Origin: Myxococcota bacterium
Lineage (GTDB): Bacteria > Myxococcota_A > UBA9160 > JAFDDA01
Assembly: GCA_965228475.1 (NCBI GenBank)
Contig: OZ245817.1
Coordinates: 4,512,001-4,576,000, forward strand
DNA: 64,000 bases
Direction of reading: 5' to 3'
Position numbers and translations under genes: made by a program. The notes below the pieces were generated by a model. It worked only from the letters and a program-made list of their open reading frames with translations. It ran no database searches and was not told the origin of the DNA. Positions 58,935 to 64,000 of this stretch are shown piece after piece; the first letter of the stretch is position 1, and the number at the start of each line of letters is the position of its first letter.

Positions 58935-59861
58935 CTAACGGCTCCCCGCGGCGTTTCCGCTGGAGTTTCCGGCCCAGCGTGGCACGCGCGCGGTGATTCT
59001 CTCCCAGCCGAGTCGAGAGAACAGTGTTCTAGTTGATTCATCGTCGGCGCCCCGCCAGGCGAGGGCGCGCAGGTCGGTTCGCAGGCCGGGCACGTCCCGG
59101 CGCACCGTCGCGAGCTCGCGGGTGAGGAGCGCCCGGTCCCGGTGCTCGCGGATGCGCTCCGCCACGCGTGCGGCGCCGCGCAGGCCGATCCCGGCCCAGC
59201 GGTCGCCGGGCGGCGGGATGCGGTCGAGCGTTTCGAAGGCGCCGAGCACCGCCGCCGCGCCCTTGGCCCCGACCCCCGGCACGCCCGGCAGGCAATCGAC
59301 GCTGTCGCCGACCAGGCCGAGGTAGTCCGGGATCTGGCCCGGGTCGACCCCGAACTTCTCGCGCACGCCGCGCGCGTCGAGGGTGGTGTCCTTCGCGTTG
59401 TCGTAGAGCACGGCGCGGCCGTCCTCGGTGACGAGCTGCGCCAGATCCTTGTCGACGCTCACGACCCGCACGGACGCGCCGCGCGAGACGAGGCGGTCGG
59501 TCAGGGTGGCGATCACGTCGTCGGCCTCGAAGTTCGGCGCTTCGTGGACGGAGACGCCGAGCGCCGCCGCCGCCTGCTTGCACAGATCGAACTGCGCCTC
59601 GAGCTCGGGCTCCGGCTCGCCGCGGTCGGCCTTGTAGCCGGGCTCGATCTCGTTGCGGAAGCTCGTCATGGCGTGGTCGAAGCACATGCCGAAGTGGGTC
59701 GGCTCGTGTTCGCGCAGGTACTTCACGAGGCTCGAGGTGAAGCCGTAGGCCGCGCCGCACTCGGTGCCGTCCGGCGCCCTGCGCGAGGGCATGGTGAACC
59801 AGGAGCGGAAGATCCAGACGTGGCCGTCGACGAGATGGACGAGCGGTTCTTCCTCGCTCAC
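58935..59861 (-). CDS. stand-alone 5'-3' exonuclease / flap endonuclease
   Basis: LVDG..IFRSW, FRNEIEPGYKADR, FEADDVIATL, DKDLAQL, LVGDSVDCLPGVPGVGAKGA (H3TH). Confidence 0.92.
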   Translation of the reverse strand: MSEEEPLVHLVDGHVWIFRSWFTMPSRRAPDGTECGAAYGFTSSLVKYLREHEPTHFGMCFDHAMTSFRNEIEPGYKADRGEPEPELEAQFDLCKQAAAALGVSVHEAPNFEADDVIATLTDRLVSRGASVRVVSVDKDLAQLVTEDGRAVLYDNAKDTTLDARGVREKFGVDPGQIPDYLGLVGDSVDCLPGVPGVGAKGAAAVLGAFETLDRIPPPGDRWAGIGLRGAARVAERIREHRDRALLTRELATVRRDVPGLRTDLRALAWRGADDESTRTLFSRLGWERITARVPRWAGNSSGNAAGSR

Positions 59862-60487
59862 GCCGGCTCTCCGGCCATGTGCACGCGCCACTCGCGCATG
59901 AACCAGGTGATCCAGAGCAGGAGGACCGGCAGGCCTGCGGCCATGAGCGCCGTCTCGACTTCATGGGAGAACCAACCGGCGCGGCTCGCCAGCGCGCAGG
60001 AGAAGAACACGATGAACGCCGGCGCGTTGATGCCGAGCGGCCCGGTCGCGCGGGCGAGAGGTGCCACGTGCGCGAAGCCCTCGTCCATCCGGGCCTGCCG
60101 GACCGCCGACCAGTAGACCCCCGTCCCGACCACGATGTAGCCGCAGATCGCGAGGAACCAGGCCGGCGCGCTCGGGGTTCCGACCAGGCCGTTCAGGAAG
60201 AAGAGATAGCCCGGCAACGTCACGACGATCCAGGAGTCCGCGAGCCGCGGCACGGCGTTGCGGGCGATCGCGATGTGGGAGTAGATGATCCACGCGACGA
60301 TGGCGGACTCGAAGGTCAGCGCCGCCTGGACCCAGATGCGCGCAGCCCGCGCGTCTATGGGCCAGAGGCCGTCCATCTCGCCGAGGCTCGAGAAGAGATC
60401 TTCGAGCACCAGACCGATCAGGATGCTGAGAAAGGTGACGTAGAGCCCGGGGAACTGCGCGCGGATTCGTTCGCCTGCCTCGGTCAT
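59858..60487 (-). CDS. hypothetical membrane protein (about 6 TM)
   Basis: Hydrophobic ORF between proS and the exonuclease; stop overlaps the next GTG. Confidence 0.7.
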   Translation of the reverse strand: MTEAGERIRAQFPGLYVTFLSILIGLVLEDLFSSLGEMDGLWPIDARAARIWVQAALTFESAIVAWIIYSHIAIARNAVPRLADSWIVVTLPGYLFFLNGLVGTPSAPAWFLAICGYIVVGTGVYWSAVRQARMDEGFAHVAPLARATGPLGINAPAFIVFFSCALASRAGWFSHEVETALMAAGLPVLLLWITWFMREWRVHMAGEPA

Positions 60488-60493
60488 CGGCGG

Positions 60494-62206
60494 CTAGCGG
60501 CGCTCCTCGAGCACGTACTCGGCGACGATCTCGGCGGCGCGGTGAAGATCGAGCTCTTCCTGGTGGCCGTCCCGCCGGCGCGCGAGCTCGACCTTCTTGT
60601 TCTTGAGCCCCTTCGGGCCGACGGTGATGCGGTACGGGATCCCGACGAGCTCGGCGTCCTTGAACTTCACGCCCGGGCGCTCGTCGCGGTCGTCGAGGAT
60701 CACGTCGATGCCGGCGTCGCGCAGGGCGTCGTGGAGCTGGCCGCCGGCCTCGCTGGTCTCGACGTCCTTCGGGTTCAGGACCGTCACCACCACCTCGAAG
60801 GGCGCCACCGTCACCGGCCATTGGATGCCGGCCTCGTCGTTGTGCGCCTCGACCACCGCCGCCATCGCGCGGCCGACGCCGATCCCGTAGCAGCCCATCA
60901 CGATCGGGCAGGACTTCCCGTTCTGGTCGAGCACCGAGACGTCCATGGCCTCGGAGTAGCGCGTGCCGAGCTTGAAGATGTGGCCGATCTCGATCGTCTT
61001 GCGCACGGCGAGGGGCGACTGGCACATCGGGCAGGCCTCGCCGGCACGGACCTCGCGCAGGTCCGCCCAGCCGGCGACCTCGATGTCGCGCGCGACGTCG
61101 ACGCCGCGCAGGTGGAAGCCGTCCTCGTTCGCGCCGGTCGTCATGTCGCGCCGGCCCTCGAGCGCCGGGTCTGCCACGACCTTCAGGTCCTTCACGCCGA
61201 CGGCGCCGAGGCTTCCGGGCGAAGCGCCGAGCGCCTTGCGGATCTCTTCGTCGCCCGCGGGCCGCAGGTCGAAGACGCCCGTCGCGTCGATCAGCTTCTG
61301 CTCGTTCAGCGCGTGGTCGCCGCGCAGGAGCACGAGCCAGACCTCGCCCTTCACGACGTAGACGAGCGTCTTGATCTGACGCTCCGCCGCGGCGCCGCCG
61401 TCCATCTGGGCGAGGTCTTCGATGGTGCGGACGCCCGGGGTCGGGAACTTCTCCGGCGCGTCGAGACCGGCGCCGTCTTCGACCGCCGGAAGTTCGGAGG
61501 TCGCCTTCTCGAGGTTCGCCGCATAGCCGCACTTCTCGCAGGAGGCGACGAAGTCCTCGCCGGCGTCCGAGGCCTGCATGAACTCGATCGATTCCTTGCC
61601 GCCCATGGCGCCCGAGGACGCCTCCACCGCGAGCGCGTCGAGACCGATGCGGCCGAAGATCTTGCGATAGGCGTCGAAGTGCAGGCGGAAGGAGCGGTCG
61701 AGGCCCGCTTCGTCGACGTCGAAGGAGTAGGAGTCCTTCATCACGAACTCGCGCACGCGCAGGAGGCCCGACTTCGGACGCGGCTCGTCGCGGAACTTGC
61801 TCTGGAACTGGTACCAGACCTGCGGGAGCTGCTTGTAGGAACGCATCTCGCCGGCGAGGTGCGTGAAGATCTCCTCGTGGGTCATGCCGAGGCAGACGTC
61901 CACGCCGCGCCGGTCCTTCAGGCGGAAGAGCTCCTCGCCGACTTCGTCCCAACGCCCGCTGCGCTTCCAGACCTCGGCCGGATGCATGCACGGAAGCTCG
62001 AACTCCTGCCCGCCGATCTCTTCGAGCTCGTGGCGGATCACCGCGGTGATCTTGCGCGCAACGCGCTGCCCGAGCGGGAGCAGCGAGTAGCTCCCGGACA
62101 TGAGCTGGCGGATCAGCCCGGCACGCACGAGCAGCTTGTGACTGACCGCCTCCGCGTCGGCGGGATCGTCACGAAGAGTGGGAATGAAAGACTCGGACCA
62201 GCGCAA
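60494..62206 (-). CDS. proS: proline--tRNA ligase (bacterial type with INS editing domain)
   Basis: TTG start MRWSESFIPTLR; SHKLLVRAG, THEE, KFRDEPRP, REFVMKDSYSF, GSLG INS domain, IEIGHIFKLG, MGCYGIG. Confidence 0.97.
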   Translation of the reverse strand: MRWSESFIPTLRDDPADAEAVSHKLLVRAGLIRQLMSGSYSLLPLGQRVARKITAVIRHELEEIGGQEFELPCMHPAEVWKRSGRWDEVGEELFRLKDRRGVDVCLGMTHEEIFTHLAGEMRSYKQLPQVWYQFQSKFRDEPRPKSGLLRVREFVMKDSYSFDVDEAGLDRSFRLHFDAYRKIFGRIGLDALAVEASSGAMGGKESIEFMQASDAGEDFVASCEKCGYAANLEKATSELPAVEDGAGLDAPEKFPTPGVRTIEDLAQMDGGAAAERQIKTLVYVVKGEVWLVLLRGDHALNEQKLIDATGVFDLRPAGDEEIRKALGASPGSLGAVGVKDLKVVADPALEGRRDMTTGANEDGFHLRGVDVARDIEVAGWADLREVRAGEACPMCQSPLAVRKTIEIGHIFKLGTRYSEAMDVSVLDQNGKSCPIVMGCYGIGVGRAMAAVVEAHNDEAGIQWPVTVAPFEVVVTVLNPKDVETSEAGGQLHDALRDAGIDVILDDRDERPGVKFKDAELVGIPYRITVGPKGLKNKKVELARRRDGHQEELDLHRAAEIVAEYVLEERR

Positions 62207-62271
62207 GGAAAACCCCCGTTCGCGGCCGTAGGCTAACGCCTGGGAGTTCGCCGCGCCGCCAAGGGCCGAGG

Positions 62272-63414
62272 CTAGCGGCCGGCCAGGGCCAGAACGCCGG
62301 TGTACGTGAGCAGCTCCGTCGCGCCGCAGACCGGGCCGATCTCGTAGGCGCCGTGCATTCCGACGAGGGGCAGCTTGCCGAAGCGCTCTTCGAGGTAGGC
62401 GGCCTCGAGGCCCGGCACACCGAACAGGGCCGCGCCGCGCGCGCAGCAGTCGAGGTAGAGGCCGAAGTCCGCCGGGCCGGCGAGCGCTTTCAACATGCGT
62501 TTCAGATCTTCGCGCGCGCCGTGGGGTTCGCGCAGAACCAGGGCCGCGCGGTCGCCCGCCCGGACCGGCTCGGGCGAAGCGATCCCGCGCCGGGCCTCCG
62601 GGTCGAAGCCGACGACGTTGCGCACCCGGTAGTGGCCCGCGCGCAGCGCCGCGTCGGCGTCCTCCCCCTCGGGCCACGCCAGCAACACGAAGGCCGAGGC
62701 GCGACGGAGATCCTCGGCGAGCGGGCCGCGAGCGGCCTCGGTGAAGACGTCGAGGGCCGGGCGGCCATCGAGCTCGAGGATCCAGTGGCCGTCGGCGCGC
62801 GTCACCGTCATCGCGTCCGTCACGGGCTGGCAGGCCTGCGTCACGCCGGCGCGGAAACCCGCCCCGCCGCGAAGAATCATCCCCGCCACCGCGCCCTCGG
62901 CGGTCTCCCCTTCCGCCCAGCACGGCCCTTCGAAGGCACCTGCCCCGACGACGAGCGCATCGCCGCAGGCGGGCACGAGGGAGCCGAGCAGCGCCTCCGG
63001 CGAGACGGCCAGGCCATCCGGGAACAGCACGACGAGGTCTTCCCGGCGGAGGGGCGCCTCGAGGTAGTGGGCGAAGCGCTCGCCGGCGGACGCTTCGCGG
63101 CCGGCGACGTCGGCCAGCAGGAACGGCTCGGGGTCCCAACCCGAGAGCGCGAGCACCGAGACCCCGGCACCGCCCTCCTGGGCATCCCCGCCGACGAGGA
63201 CGCCCTGCGAACTCGCACCGACCGGCGCCACCCCGAGCACCCGCTCCGCCTCGGCCACCATCGAGGGCATGGCGGCAGCGTGGGCCGCGGTCGCGAACAG
63301 CAGCGCGCCGACGGGACGCTCGCAGGCGGCCTCGGCCATGGCCGTGGCGCACGCCTCGCGCACCGCGCGTTCGGGGTTCGACTCCCGCGATAGACCGGCA
63401 CCTGCCTGCAGCAT
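62272..63414 (-). CDS. FIST signal-transduction domain protein
   Basis: VGASSQGVL, VTQACQPV, ILELDGRPAL, RVRNVVGFD, CCARGAALF, GEIG-like YEIGP, TYTGV. Confidence 0.88.
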   Translation of the reverse strand: MLQAGAGLSRESNPERAVREACATAMAEAACERPVGALLFATAAHAAAMPSMVAEAERVLGVAPVGASSQGVLVGGDAQEGGAGVSVLALSGWDPEPFLLADVAGREASAGERFAHYLEAPLRREDLVVLFPDGLAVSPEALLGSLVPACGDALVVGAGAFEGPCWAEGETAEGAVAGMILRGGAGFRAGVTQACQPVTDAMTVTRADGHWILELDGRPALDVFTEAARGPLAEDLRRASAFVLLAWPEGEDADAALRAGHYRVRNVVGFDPEARRGIASPEPVRAGDRAALVLREPHGAREDLKRMLKALAGPADFGLYLDCCARGAALFGVPGLEAAYLEERFGKLPLVGMHGAYEIGPVCGATELLTYTGVLALAGR

Positions 63415-63689
63415 CGTCGAAGGATAGGACCTACCCGGGTACCCCCCAGGGGAATTCCGCCGAACTTTCTTGGCAGACAGTCGCCTGCGACGCCGGACCC
63501 CCGGTTTGCGCGGCGTTTCCTCCGCCGCTCGGCTAGAGTCGGCCTGCGGCCACGCGGAAACCCGTGTGGCATCCCCCCCACGCTAGTCTGCGACCCGTTC
63601 CGACTACGGCGGTCCCGGGTCGGGCCTTGGTGCATCCGTGCGGGGTGCATGGCTTTGGGCGCCCGAAGCGGGCGCATTGAGAGGAAGCG

Positions 63690-64000
63690 TTGGCGGACTA
63701 CGAGCTCATCGAGAAGGCGGCCGACCTCCGGGCGCTGTGCCGCCACCTCGAGAAGGAGCGCGTCGTCGCCTTCGACACCGAAGCCGACAGCTTCTACCAC
63801 TACTTCGACAAGACCTGCCTGATCCAGGTCGCGGACCGCAAGACCCACTGGCTGATCGACCCGCTCGCTCTCGGCGGCACGACCGAACTCGCGCCCCTGG
63901 CGCCGGTCTTCGCTTCGCCGGACGTGCGCAAGGTCTTCCACGCCGCCGAGTACGACATCTACATCTTGAAGCGCGACTTCGGCTTCGAGTTCATGAACCT
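63690..64000 (+). CDS. rnd: ribonuclease D, N-terminal part (runs off window end)
   Basis: Manual translation from TTG after GAGG: VAFDTEADSFYHYFDKTCLIQV..IDPL..KVFHAAEYDI..LKRDF (DEDDy exonuclease). Confidence 0.9.
   Translation, partial: MADYELIEKAADLRALCRHLEKERVVAFDTEADSFYHYFDKTCLIQVADRKTHWLIDPLALGGTTELAPLAPVFASPDVRKVFHAAEYDIYILKRDFGFEFMN

Noticed and set aside
63430..63689. Structured intergenic region before rnd (several hairpins) as an ncRNA
   Set aside because: Hairpins are expected at this GC content and I recognise no SRP, 6S, tmRNA or riboswitch signature; an Rfam/Infernal scan would be needed

Overview
Gene-dense, very GC-rich (roughly 70% by eye) bacterial chromosomal segment carrying about 68 CDSs. 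It is mostly core and accessory metabolism: sucA (partial), ggt, ltaE, fdhD plus an FdhF/YdeP molybdoenzyme, bioA, cysH, a complete Rrf2-sufBCDSU-DUF59 operon, rpsR, proS and rnd (partial). I found no tRNA/rRNA, CRISPR, transposase, integrase or phage genes. DUF6178, PEP-CTERM proteins, an F420-type LLM enzyme and lipoproteins suggest a diderm, probably Myxococcota-related organism (inference only). Stand-out observations: (1) a stand-alone 72-aa histone-fold protein with a Lys/Arg-rich N-terminal tail and its own promoter, operator-like palindrome and terminator; (2) a translationally coupled class-III aminotransferase-luxE-luxC operon without luxABD, a possible acid->aldehyde->amine pathway; (3) a CDF metal transporter fused in frame to FolK, sharing a 22-bp bidirectional leaderless promoter with that operon; (4) an isolated Zn-free S18 with a long [10 protein letters not shown] repeat extension; (5) a ChpT-like pseudo-histidine-kinase; (6) at least 11 genes with TAnnnT 6-8 nt upstream of the start codon (leaderless architecture). 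All family calls come from motif recognition by eye; no database searches were run. Many start codons were re-chosen from the supplied ORF track using SD, overlap and -10 evidence.
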